NCBI RefSeq assembly: GCF_001194135.2
Contig: NC_068987.1
Span: forward strand, 93,748,585-93,806,215
Origin: Octopus bimaculoides
Taxonomy: Eukaryota
Direction of reading: 5' to 3'
Length of the DNA stretch: 57,631 bases
The first letter of the stretch is position 1. Every line of letters starts with the position of its first letter. The position numbers and the translations under genes were made by a program. The notes below the pieces were generated by a model. That model made no database searches. It saw only the letters and a list, made by a program, of their open reading frames with translations, and had not been told where the DNA came from. This document shows, piece after piece, positions 38,147 to 50,767 of the stretch.

Positions 38147-39786
38147 GCTGTTGTTGCTACTATGTCGTTATAGTTATTATATTTGTTGTTATGATCATTA
38201 TACTTTTTTTTTTTTAATAATAAGAATAACGTTTGCAATTTTTTAACAGTTAACTAAAGTCTGTAGGTACTCGAAGACAACACGATTGTTTCTATTTTTT
38301 ATTATCTTTTTCTGGTTTATTTATTTGCCAATTACTGTCCCTAACTACACTTGCAAATTATATGGTTTGTTTAAAAAAAAATTAAATGGCTTTCTCTTAA
38401 ATTGCAAATTACCTAATTTTGTTTCCAAACAGTTAATTTTCAATTCATTCTGGGTTTTTCTTTTTTTTTTCCTTTATGTTTGTTCCATCATCACCACCAT
38501 CACCCTGACAATCTCCTCCACCTCCTCACACTTCCACCACCATGTTTCATTATCCTTCCATATTAAACGTTTCAATGGTGTAGTTTACTTTTAAAAGTTA
38601 TTAATGGTCATGTCTTATCTTGTAAATTACCTAATTAATTTATTTTTTTGTAAATTACAATCCACCACATTCTTCACTAATTACTACTATTCTTATTATC
38701 ATTGATGTTATTATTTTAAAAATTCTATTATTATTTTTATTATCAACAATGTTATTATTGAATATGAATTATACGACAGTTTTTGTATATTTTATTTAAA
38801 CTTTATTATGTTTCCATGGCATTTTGTTTACTTTGCCATTTAAATTTCTAAAGATTCCACAGAAAATTGTTTCCATAATCTCGCATAAAAATTCCAAAAA
38901 TTTACTCAAGAAAAATTGATGGTATTTTTCGTGTGTTCAATTCCTCCCCCTCTCCATTATTCATTATATTCGCATCCATTCTCACTCTTTCTTTTTCAAT
39001 TTTTCTCTACTTTATTATGCTTCAACACGCCTCCCCACCCTACAATGTCTTCTATATTTTTCTGCATTTTACAGTTTTCTTCTTAATACTTTACCTTTTT
39101 TTTCTTGTCCCGTTTATTCAAACGATCAGCTTCTGTGACACTCAAATCTACCTTGATATTTAAACCAATTAGCAAACCCTTTCTCTTCTTCATTTTCTTT
39201 CCCTTTTTCTTTTTTTATTTACTTTGAATTTGTCGAAATTAAAGAAATTCTTTACAAAAACCATTTCTAAAAATATTTACTTACAATTTCCATTAAGTGA
39301 GATAACTATGAAGCTTCTTTTCATGTTGTATTCAAGAATCACATAATAATTGTAAAACCACAAAATAACAAAGCGGAATTAAGTGAATTCCTTTCAGCTC
39401 ATCCAAAAATGATAATAATAACAACAATAACAACAACAACGACAATAACAATAAAAATAATGATAATATTAATAATAAGGAAGTCATTTACAGGGAGCTC
39501 AAAAGAAACATTTGTAATATTCTCCCCCTAATGAAAAGAGCCAGTGATTATGATGACATCTGTTAAAGAATATTGCACGAGGTCATTCAATCTAGGTGAA
39601 TAAGACTAGTTTCCGATTCAATGGTTTCTATTACGTTTTGATATCTCACCAAAAGAGATACTTTTAGAAATGTAAACAACTGCCGTAGATTTCAAACCTA
39701 AAAGAAAATCAAATACAATGAAAATATCTTCCAGTTTCCAACCACGTGTTGCACAATTAGTGTGCAATGCATACATACGTACGCTT

Positions 39787-39865
<79 letters not shown>

Positions 39866-40074
39866 CATGGATCAAAAGAGTGTGATTCAAATTCGATGGT
39901 ACTCTTGAGTTTCAAGCGTGATGTTAGTCGTCAGCCATTTAGAATCTGAATGACAGAAGTTGATTGTTATTACCGTAATGTGAACTGCGATTGCTCGAGG
40001 AACGTCACGTGGTGTCGTGGTTTGATTTTGGCATATGGGTAATACTTATGTGTAAAATACCATATGGCAATTTA

Positions 40075-41216
40075 CAGCTGTTTCGGTCGGTTGCGAGATC
40101 CTCCCAGGAATTGGTGTTGATACCAAGTGCCTTCATATCCTTCCTGCACACGTCCCTGTACCTCAGCTTCGGGCGGCCAATGTTTCTCTGTCCTGCGACA
40201 AGCTCACCGTAAAGGACATCCTTTGGGATCCGACCATCCTCCATACGGCGAACGTTGCCAATCTAGCGCAGCCGACGTTGTCTTAGCAAGGTGAGCATGG
40301 TGGGGAGGCCAGCACGAGACAGAACGCCTGTATTGGTTATTTTGTCTTGCCAGAGGATGCCGAGTATGCGTCGTAGGCTTCTGAGGTTGAAGGTGTTGAG
40401 CCGTTTCTCCTGGCGGTCGTACGCGGTCCATGTCTCGCTGCCGTATAGCAGGGTACTGAGGACGCAAGCACTGTATACAGCCATTTTCGTTTTCACTGTT
40501 AGCTTGGGGTTTGTCCACACTCTTGGCGTGAGGCGAGCGTATGTTGTGGTTGCCTTCCTGATCCTATTGTCTATCTTAGCATCTAGGGAGAGGTTGTCGG
40601 TGATATTGGAAGCAAGGTACATGAAGTGGTGGGCAATCTCGAGCTCATACTTGTCGATGGTGATGACAGGTGGTGCCGGTGTGTTTTGACCCATAACGTT
40701 TGTCTTCTTCAGACTGAATGTCATCCCGAAGTCTTTGCAGGCCTGAGCTAAGCGATCCATCAGCAGCTGCAGTTCCCTCTGAATGTGAGTCGCAACTGCA
40801 GCGTCATCAACGAACAGCGTGTCTCTAATGAGGACTTCATGGACCTTTGACCTCGGTTTTAGGCGAGCAAGATTGAACAGCCTGCCATCCGATCTCGTCC
40901 GTAAATATATTCCTTCTAGTGCTGTGGCAAATGCATGCCTCAGGAGAAGTGAGAGGAAGATCCCGAAAAGGGTTGGGGCGAGTATGCAGCCTTGTTTGAC
41001 CCCGCTGCGTATGTCGAAGAGCTTGGTGAGGTTGCCGTTGAACTGCGCAGTCCCTTTCATGTTGTAGTGGAAAATCTCGATTAAGCTGTGCAGTTTTGGA
41101 GGACAGCCGATCTTTCGGAGAGCCCTGAAACGACCGTCTCTGCTGACAAGATCAAAGGCTTTGGTGAGGTCAATGAATGCGACGTAGAGGGGCATCTTCT
41201 GCTCTCTGCACTTCTG
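40075..41216 (-). mobile_element. RTE-clade LINE reverse transcriptase fragment (truncated at both ends)
   Basis: The 319-aa ORF has QKCREQ..YVAFIDLTKAFDLVSR, GVKQGCILAPTLF, LFVDD and LLYGSETWT. One TAG at 40263-65 replaces W in RRLRW, and the same frame continues GNVRRMEDGRIPKDVLYGEL..GRPKLRYRDVCRKDMK..WEDLATDR. Confidence 0.97.
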
Positions 41217-41282
41217 TTTCAATTTTGGGGTATTTTACTATTCACTGTTTCAGTTTTGGGGTGTATTACTTTTCGCTGTTCC
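41214..41282. repeat. 31-bp tandem repeat (2 units plus a partial) at the RTE junction
   Basis: CTGTTTCAATTTTGGGGTATTTTACTATTCA / CTGTTTCAGTTTTGGGGTGTATTACTTTTCG / CTGTTCC. Confidence 0.75.
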
Positions 41283-41460
41283 TAAAGGATGTTAAGGAAC
41301 CTTTGCTTGAATGCACTTTCAGTCAGTTTCTTTAATAGTTTTATGTCGATTCGCTGCTACTCAAACGCCGCTTCAAACACTGCTTCATAAATCTGCCTCG
41401 GTGCGACATGCTCCAGCCTTTTGACACGCATTTGTATGCAACCAAGAATATATCATGTGC

Positions 41461-41499
<39 letters not shown>

Positions 41500-41638
41500 A
41501 GCATTTCAGACACACCTCAACTTAATGTAGCAAGCAAGATAGCTCGTAATAAAATTCCAGCACCCACCTTAACTACTGCAAGCGTATGTATGAGTGTGCA
41601 TATGACCATATATATGTATGAATATGTATACATTCATA

Positions 41639-41768
41639 GGCGCAGGTGTGGCTGTGTGTTAAGAAATTAGCTTCCCAATACAATGGTTCCGGGCTCAGTC
41701 GCAGAACGTAGCACCTTCGGCAAATGTCTTCGGCTATGGTTTCGGGCCGACCAAAGCCCATCATATAC

Positions 41769-41800
<32 letters not shown>

Positions 41801-41804
41801 TTGT

Positions 41805-41889
<85 letters not shown>

Positions 41890-42100
41890 TGTGTGTGTGT
41901 GTGTGAGCGTATCACCCACCACTGCTTGACAACTGTTGATGGTATGTTTACGACCAAGGGACGTAGCAGTTCAGCGAAAGAGAATACGTAATAGACTTTA
42001 AAACAATAAGTACTGTTGTCGATTCATACGATTAAAAATTCTTCAATGAGGTGCTCCAGCCTGGCCACGCTCCAATGAATAACACCAGTCAAAGATAAAA
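41639..42100 (+). mobile_element. SINE family A with expanded internal (GT)n
   Basis: Head GGCGCAGGTGTGGCTGTGTG, ~145-bp internal GT tract and 3' CCACTGCTTGACAAC..GGTGCTCCAGC. Confidence 0.88.
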
Positions 42101-45100
42101 TGATATATATTTATGTATGTAAGATGGTATATGTGTGCGTATACCGATTGCATGTACACAAAACCATATATGTACATGAGGGGTTTGTTTCAATGCGCAT
42201 GCGTACATGTGTGCGATGAAATCTGTTTATAACTATGCGATAAATATGTTTCTGCCTCAGGAGCAGACTTCCTGCGCGCTTTCTTAGAAAGCAAGATGGC
42301 CTCCTGGGTAGTCACGACAGTTGTTTAGAATGATGACAAGATGGTCGGCCCACGCGATTGGAAGATATTTCAGGTTTTCTGATGCGGATTTGAAAGGAAT
42401 TATATTCACTATTCCGCCCTCAACCGTCTTATATTAATGAACGTTCAACACATACGTACATACACACATTCATATATACATACATACATAAATACATACA
42501 CACACATACATACATACATATATATATGCATGCATATATACATGTTGACGTATATATGAATGTGTGTTGTGTTACTATATGTGTATGTGTGTGTGCGTGT
42601 GTGTGAGTTCGCATATATATATACATGTGTATAGTAGTGGGTGGTATTTTTTTTATTGTACTTGTCGAATAATTTGCTGACGGAGCAAAATAGAAAAGTG
42701 GTGTACCACCTGATGAGTGTTGTGGCCACTTATCTGTCGTTCACACGAGAGGCAGAATTTCTTGTATACTCTGTATACAAATCGCAATTAATCCTGATTC
42801 ACTTTTGCTTATTGTTGTTGCAGACTGGTTCCGACTTCTTATTTTGCAAGTCAGCATGAATTGTCCTAATTTCAACCATTACTAAACGGGGAGTCTTGCT
42901 CTACTTTAAACTCTCTAATGAATGTAGAGTTATTGTATTTTCAGGTCAGTTTTGCGTTGAGTGTAATATACTCTTTCTTTTTCTCTGCTGTTTTGGGACC
43001 ACTATAGCTTGTACTTTACTCAAAGGCGCCAAAATAAATTTTGATGTGAATCATATATTTTATTTATCAATAAAAATATTTTACGCAACAACTCCTTGTA
43101 TGAGAAAAAGTCACTTCCTTACATAACAATGAAAAGTCTTTGACAAAGAATAACTCCCGGGGAGGGGTATATTCATCTGCAGGAAAACAGGGGTTTAATA
43201 TACGTTTCTATGTTTCTATCAAGCGGAAAAATATAATGTATACTAGTAGATGCTCAGTGATTGACGTCGGACTCAGTGATGTTTGGTTTGAATGTAAGTA
43301 CTTCGTAGTTAATTGGGTGACGGACCATGGGTCGGCCAGGAAGGTTAGTGAGAGACCGACTGAACAAACTTATACAAGAAGTGAATGTGTCCAGAGAAGT
43401 AGAGACGGATACAGGATTTAACATTGAGAGATTCTTTCACTGAGATTCCAGTCTCAAAATGCGATAACTGGAAACATCAAGACAAAAACAGCTATGTGTG
43501 TGTGTGCGTGTGTGTGTGTATGTGTATGTGTGTACATAATGCATAATTCTGTGTTCTAACACAAACTCCAGGTTAGACTGGCGGTAAATATTACCTTCCC
43601 GCATTCATGCGGATTCTGTCGCTGTTAAATATTTCTTAATAACCCCGTTGGTTACTGGTGATATTAGTGCCTCAATAGACATTGATATTCTACATGTCGC
43701 TGACAAGAGATTTGACTGTTAGGACACGGCCGGATGTCTGTAACTGAGGAGTTTAAACTAGAGTGAAACCACGTGAAATGACACTTCTAGCGGCTATAGC
43801 ACGTAGTTCTCGACTGACAATATCATGAATAAGAGTGATTCCTTTATTATAATTTTATAATCACATTTATAAAATTAAACACCTTGTATTAATTTTTACC
43901 TAAAATGTTTTTGTTTTTTTAATGCTAGCTACTTGATGAAATCCTATATATATTTTATACTTGATTACAATGACAAATATGAATTCACTTCAACGAAATT
44001 TTATTCACTGCTAAATTATTTGGGTTATTCACACGTGACTGAGATGAACGAACTAGATTTAACATCTGGACATTTGCATATACACTGCGGATACATTGTG
44101 TCCGTATGGCATGTGTAAATGTTTCTAATTATGGAATTTCGGTTGTCATAATGAGGACGGTAAAGAGTACTACATCCCAAAACCAGAAATCGATCTATGA
44201 CTAAACTTTAAAAAAATTCATTTTTGTTCATTCGCAAGCTTTCAGTCCGTGTCTATGGGATTAATAAGGTGGTTTTAGAGCCATTTGGCGTCTTCTTCTA
44301 GCAAGTGGTATTACTCAGTAATTGCCCTTATAATTTTATAATTATATTTAGAAAATAAAATAGTTCATATATATATTACATATGCGTGTTGGGGAAGAGA
44401 GAGTGATAGATGCGCATGGATTGATAAAGACCCTAGGTAGGTTGCCATTTGCCAATCTGTCAAATGTAATCCTTATTGGCGTTATATGCCGTTACGATGT
44501 AGGAGTGCATCGCATTTACAAAGACGTATTACTTCCTCCATGAATAAGAATGGAAAAAAATCCTAACAGAACTAGACGATGATGATTGAGTAATTTAGTT
44601 TCGGATGCAACTGGAATGGAATTAATACTTTATGTTTTCCGTTGATTTTCATTCAAAATTTCTTTACAATGAAAGTTAACACAAAATATTCTTGTGTTCT
44701 TCTGTGGGCGGACTGTAAAAGACGATCAATTGTTTTTCTTTCACTTTAATTACATTTCTAAATTCAAATTCTCCCACAAGATTTTATTGGTAAATTACAG
44801 ACGTTGTTACGCTTACTTACATTAGTTACACAAATTTCAGACCAAAATCTACCCAGCGGATTGTAAGACAATTATTTAAGACAAGTTATATTATTGAAGT
44901 GTAATTTGCAAAAGTGAAATTGCAAAAACCAAAAACTAGACAAATAATGTGAGACGCCCAACAGAAATTACATGTAAATTGGATTTGTGCAAGTCAGACT
45001 GAAAATGGCAATTAGATGCTGCTTCATTGTTTTCTAATAAACGACCTAATTATATTTTAACGTATTTTCTTTTAGAACGAAGAGAATCTGTAAAATAGAA

Positions 45101-45262
45101 AAGATCAGGTATTTTTTATAGATTACTTCTTAGACAGAAATAAAGTCAAGAAATAGACAGTATTATGGCTTCATACATGCGTGTGTGTGTTTTGTGAGTG
45201 TGCGTGTGAGTGTGTTTGTGTGTTTGTGTATTTGTGTGTCTGTGTATATGTATTCAAATATA

Positions 45263-45455
45263 TCTTTTCACTGATGCTCGTTTCATTCCTTAGACTGCGG
45301 CCAAGCAGGGGCATCGCTTTGAGGAATATTTAGTAGAATGAAATGACCACAGAACTTATTCCATCGCCCTCTTGTGGCGAACCGCTAAGGCACGGAGTGG
45401 TTAATACACCAAAACCGGCAGTTAAGCGGTGGTGGGGGACAATGACAGACACACA

Positions 45456-45493
<38 letters not shown>

Positions 45494-45503
45494 NNNNNNN
45501 NNN

Positions 45504-45548
<45 letters not shown>

Positions 45549-45745
45549 TCGCGTACACACACACACTCACACATATGAACGAGGGCCTCCTTTCAGTTTC
45601 CGCCTTTCATAGCTACTCACAAGGCTTACGTCTGTCCGAGGATAAATTAGAAAGCGCTCCGCCAAAGTTTCACGCAGCGTGACTGAATCTGGAACCACGT
45701 GACGTATATTGTGAAGCAAGATTCTTACCACAGTCATGCCTACGC
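45263..45745 (-). mobile_element. SINE family A with internal (CA)n and gap
   Basis: The reverse complement has head GACTGTGGTAAGAATCTTGC, body GCCTTGTGAGT..GGAAACTGAAAGGAGGCCC and 3' CCACCACCGCTTAAC..TTAGCGGTTCG. Confidence 0.85.
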
Positions 45746-47909
45746 ATGTGTACTCATAGGAGTGTGTTTGAACATGTGCATCCGTGTATGTTTAAACGTG
45801 TCCATACGTTTATATCTGTGTATGCGATCATCAAACTGAACCTGCCATACATCTATGCCCAAGAAGCGTACAGTCCCAAACAGAAACAATACTTAAATAT
45901 ACTGACACACAGGAACAGAGCTGACCTCCTATTTCATTACATCCGCACGCCTACATGCACATTCAGAATCAATGACATCTTGGAGGTCCATGTACGACTG
46001 TGAACACGGCATACTGACACGAACGTACGTATACATACGTATACATACGTATATACATACGTATATACATACGTATGTACACTCGTTCATAGAATCGCTC
46101 ACATTTTAATTATTTTAGTATATGCATATACGCATATATTCATATATTTTACAATTAAATTTGCGGCATGTTCTAATATATACATATATGCACACAGAGA
46201 CACACATGCACGCACATACTCGCGCGCGTACACACACATGCATGCATGTATGCATGTATGTATGTATGTATGTATGTATGTATGTATGTACGTGTGTATG
46301 TACGTGTGTATGTACGTGTGTATGTATGTGTGTATGTATATGAACTTGCTCATAATGTATATGGAATTTAATATGACTTATTAACCCTGAAAGTTAAGTT
46401 TATTTGAGTACACGTAGAAGCTCAGAGAATTAACATAATAAATATGGGATTAAAGAGGATTAGCCTACAACTGGATACTTAACTTACTTTTATTGTATGA
46501 AGTTCACTGCTAAATGATCTGAATAATGTTTCGGTATTAAAAATGAATGTGATTATCAAAGACTAGAGATACCATTTTGGGTGGCTGAGTGTTGATCTAT
46601 GTGTTGTGTTAAATTATATCAATTTAACTAAATTAGATTCTTTTAAAAGATTTTCCTAAATCATTGATCTCACAAAGCCTACATTCAATCCGATGTACCG
46701 AAGTATCTTATGTATTTTAATGGTCGTCCTCTCAGGTTTGCAGCCATAGGTAATGGTTAAAGATGAGAGCTGGCTTCAGACGTTATTTCTGTGTCCCTCA
46801 CCTACAACGTGTTTTGACATTTGAGCGAATGGTGAAGGATATATAAATATAAAGGGCATATAAATATAATATCAGCCCCGTGCTTATTGTCTCGGATGGG
46901 TGAGGAGAGGTCAGTCACATTCACACTACAAGAATTGAGAACGCAAAACTATGAGAGCTTCGTTCAACATTTGTTGGTTTGGAGAATGAAAAGTTATGTG
47001 GTGGCCACATGTGAGAAGAAATGCGTTGCTTAGAAAACAGTCAGGGGATCTGATGATAGGTGAGTAGAGTTTTATGCTGAGGGGTTTTATTATTATTCTG
47101 GAGAACCTATGTTCCATTCAGAGATTCGGATTAGATACAGTTGAGAGGATGAAAGAATTCGGTCCCTAGGTCAGTGAAGGAGAAGTGTGAAAGCGAAAGG
47201 GATTCATGTGTATTGAAGTTATTGAGGGCTCTGAATTCAAGGAGCGGAACAAGAGGCATTCAGAAGCGGAGGGAAGAGTGTATTTTATAGGAATGAAAAG
47301 AAATAATTTGAACATGAGTCAATGGTTGTCTTTTTCTTTTCTTACTGACGTCAATTCTTGATGGCTGAATGAGCACCAGAAGAGAATCCACTTTTCAAGT
47401 AACATGTATAATTTAAGCAGGAATTTCGAGTAATCTAGAAAGGAATTGAACGGGTCTATCCTTAGGAAACACTTGCTGATTGAAGGAAGCTGATAGGGGC
47501 ATAAGCATTAATATTCAGGACAATCGTGGTTTTATGGGGCTTCCTGGAGCAAATCTAGGAAATTTCCCTCTTTTTCTTTTAGGGAATTATTCACTATTAG
47601 AGTTTATTTTACTTCTATGCATTTTACATGCAATTTTATGCAACCAAGGCTGTTATTGTCCTCCACAATTCCCAGGATTTTTTGTGACCCCATTAGTTGA
47701 TATTAAAGAAAAGTTTATCATTACTTCTATGGAATGGAAGAAAAGTACACGCCACCAATCTGACACTGGGGTACATATATAAATGAAGCCCAATATACCC
47801 ATCTTGACTACCCGGCGGATAAGTGAACACAGGTACATGCATCACAACCATATGTGCACGACCTCATAAACAGCGCATAATCAATCAGGTGGAACCGAGT
47901 TGCAATCTG

Positions 47910-48270
47910 TTTTAGGTCGTGAGAAATTCTTTGCGGTTTGGATAATTCCCATGTCTCCAAAGGTGAATTATCCAAACCGCAAAGAATTCCTCACGAAACA
48001 TGGCTATGATGCTCCCCAACTACTTCTACTCGTGATCCGAGATGCACATATCGTCAGCCACCAAGGGACATACTCACCTGGTTAAGGTCAAACAACTGAC
48101 AAGCAAATCTGTGGAATTGAGCAGAATATTTACTGTAACCCGTCTTTTATACCAAGACAAAACAATGAACATGATAACACTTCCAATCAGTTAAAATGAG
48201 AAACCATGAGAGCCACACTGACTGGTACTGCACCAGAACATTTATTGTTATTATTATTGTTCTTGTTGTT
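47910..48270 (+). mobile_element. SINE-like retroposed repeat with internal hairpin and (ATT)n tail
   Basis: 31-bp stem at 47918-47995, unique body and an ATT-rich tail at 48241-48270. It resembles an abundant octopus repeat as I recall it (unverified). Confidence 0.55.
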
Positions 48271-48273
48271 ATT

Positions 48274-48500
48274 AAGATGGTGAGCTGACCGAATCATTAG
48301 CATGCCGGGCGAAATGCTTAGCTGCATTTCATCCGTCCTTATGTTCTGAGTTCAAATTCCGCCGAGGTCAACTTTGTCTTTCATCCTTTCGGGGTCGATA
48401 AACTAAGTACCAATTGATTACTGCGGTTGGTGTAACCGACTTCACCCCTCCCCCAAAATTTCAGGCCTTGTGTTTATTGTAGAAATGATTATTATTATCA
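48274..48500 (+). mobile_element. tRNA-derived SINE, family B (Deu/Nin-domain-like)
   Basis: Head GAGCTGACCGAATCATTAGC, B-box-like GAGTTCAAATTCC, core GAGGTCAACTTTGTCTTTCATCCTTTCGGGGTCGATAAACTAAGTACCA and an (ATT)n tail. Confidence 0.9.
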
Positions 48501-48523
48501 TCATTGTTGTTGTTATCGCTGCT

Positions 48524-48626
48524 CTTCTTCTTCTTCTTCTTCTTCTTCTTCTTCTTCTTCTTCTTCTTCTTCTTCTTCTTCTTCTTCTTCTTCTTCTTCT
48601 TCTTCTTCTTCTTCTTCTTCTTCTTC
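48524..48626. repeat. (TTC)n microsatellite running into a gap
   Basis: Perfect run to the start of the gap at 48627. Confidence 0.98.
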
Positions 48627-49138
48627 NNNNNNNNNNNNNNNNNNNNNNNNNNNNNNNNNNNNNNNNNNNNNNNNNNNNNNNNNNNNNNNNNNNNNNNNNN
48701 NNNNNNNNNNNNNNNNNNNNNNNNNNNNNNNNNNNNNNNNNNNNNNNNNNNNNNNNNNNNNNNNNNNNNNNNNNNNNNNNNNNNNNNNNNNNNNNNNNNN
48801 NNNNNNNNNNNNNNNNNNNNNNNNNNNNNNNNNNNNNNNNNNNNNNNNNNNNNNNNNNNNNNNNNNNNNNNNNNNNNNNNNNNNNNNNNNNNNNNNNNNN
48901 NNNNNNNNNNNNNNNNNNNNNNNNNNNNNNNNNNNNNNNNNNNNNNNNNNNNNNNNNNNNNNNNNNNNNNNNNNNNNNNNNNNNNNNNNNNNNNNNNNNN
49001 NNNNNNNNNNNNNNNNNNNNNNNNNNNNNNNNNNNNNNNNNNNNNNNNNNNNNNNNNNNNNNNNNNNNNNNNNNNNNNNNNNNNNNNNNNNNNNNNNNNN
49101 NNNNNNNNNNNNNNNNNNNNNNNNNNNNNNNNNNNNNN

Positions 49139-49226
<88 letters not shown>

Positions 49227-49567
49227 TGTATGTAGGTATGTATGTATATATGTCCATTCACATACATTTATTCATTCACACAAGCACTCATCATACGTAC
49301 ACACTATTTCTACGCATTCATATATGCGTTTGTATATGCGCGCGTGTTTAAATACGTATGCGTTGATATATGTGTGTCAGGAATTAGAGTCGGCCATTGT
49401 AAGTGCGGTGGGGGAGGGAAGAGGAGTGACGGGTGATGGGTGGCGGGGGGAAGAAAAAAAAACCTGCAGTAAACCCTAATGATAAATGTCTGATGACTTT
49501 TTGCTGCCGAGCAATCAATCAGCCAGACTTGACGGTAAGAATATCCGCGGTGGTCCACACACACACG

Positions 49568-49600
<33 letters not shown>

Positions 49601-49608
49601 TTCACACA

Positions 49609-49676
<68 letters not shown>

Positions 49677-50381
49677 CACAAACACACACACAAGCACGCA
49701 CATATGACACAGACACAAAATCACCCATACATTCCACACACTCCACGCACACAAAAACAAACACACAGGCCCTGCACACACACACATACATCCACATGTG
49801 TTCATATACAGTCACATAAAATACAGAAATATAAAAACGTATATTTCCACACGTTCTTACGAAAAGACGCACTCAATCGCTCACAGAACTGCGTTGTTCC
49901 CACTGGCGTATACAAATTGCCGCAAAAACACACGTTCAGCCATAAATACATTTACAATGATGGGCGTAAATGGTAGCGTATATACAAGTATGAATATAAA
50001 TATATACACACGTTTAGGAGTACGTATAAAAACCACAGATACTCAGCGAATATATATGCATCTTAACCTACACAAACACAAACACCTTAATGATACTCAT
50101 CAACACATATGCGCACATTTATACGTAAATATGAACGTTCCTATTACCATACATTTGAATATTGTCATACATATATGCAAATACACACGCAAGACACTTC
50201 ATTCATACACAGAATAGATAAATCTAAGCCATGTTTCGATATTTCCATACTTACAGATATACAGTTGGATATGAGATATACACATCTGCATACACATTTG
50301 GCTCCTATGCATGTATGCGTAGAGATTATAAATATACTATTTTTAAACATATTATGTCAACAAAAAAAGTATGTCGGTGTA

Positions 50382-50757
50382 GGTGCAGACATGGCCGTGT
50401 CGCTTTGTGACCACGCTTTCTGGGTTCAGTCCCAACAAGCGGTACTTTGAGCAAGTGTCTTCTTCTATATCTCCGTGTTGATCAATACATTGTGAGCGAA
50501 CTTACTTGGCGGAAACTGAGTGGAAGCCCGTCGTTTATATACATGGGTGTATATGCCATTGTGTTTGTTTCTCTAACCGCTTGGCATTCGGTGTAGGTTT
50601 GTTTACGTTCATGTAACTTAATGATTTGGCAAGAGACCGATAGTATAAGTACTAGACTTTAAAAACCACGTACTGCTGTTGATTTGTTCGAGTAGGCCCT
50701 TCAAGGCGATGCTCCAGCATGGCTGTAATCCAATGACTCCAGCAAGTAAACGATAAA
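50382..50757 (+). mobile_element. SINE family A, full length, diverged
   Basis: GGGTTCAGTCCC box, GGAAACTGAGTGGAAGCCCGTCG and AAGAGACCGATAGTATAAGTACTAG..GCTCCAGCATGGC. Confidence 0.88.
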
Positions 50758-50767
50758 TTCGCATACA

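Noticed and set aside
46960-47330. Purine-rich stretch with CTGATGA, possibly an old retroelement
   Set aside because: No GAAA or stem II follows, and I found no translatable motif I could recognise.
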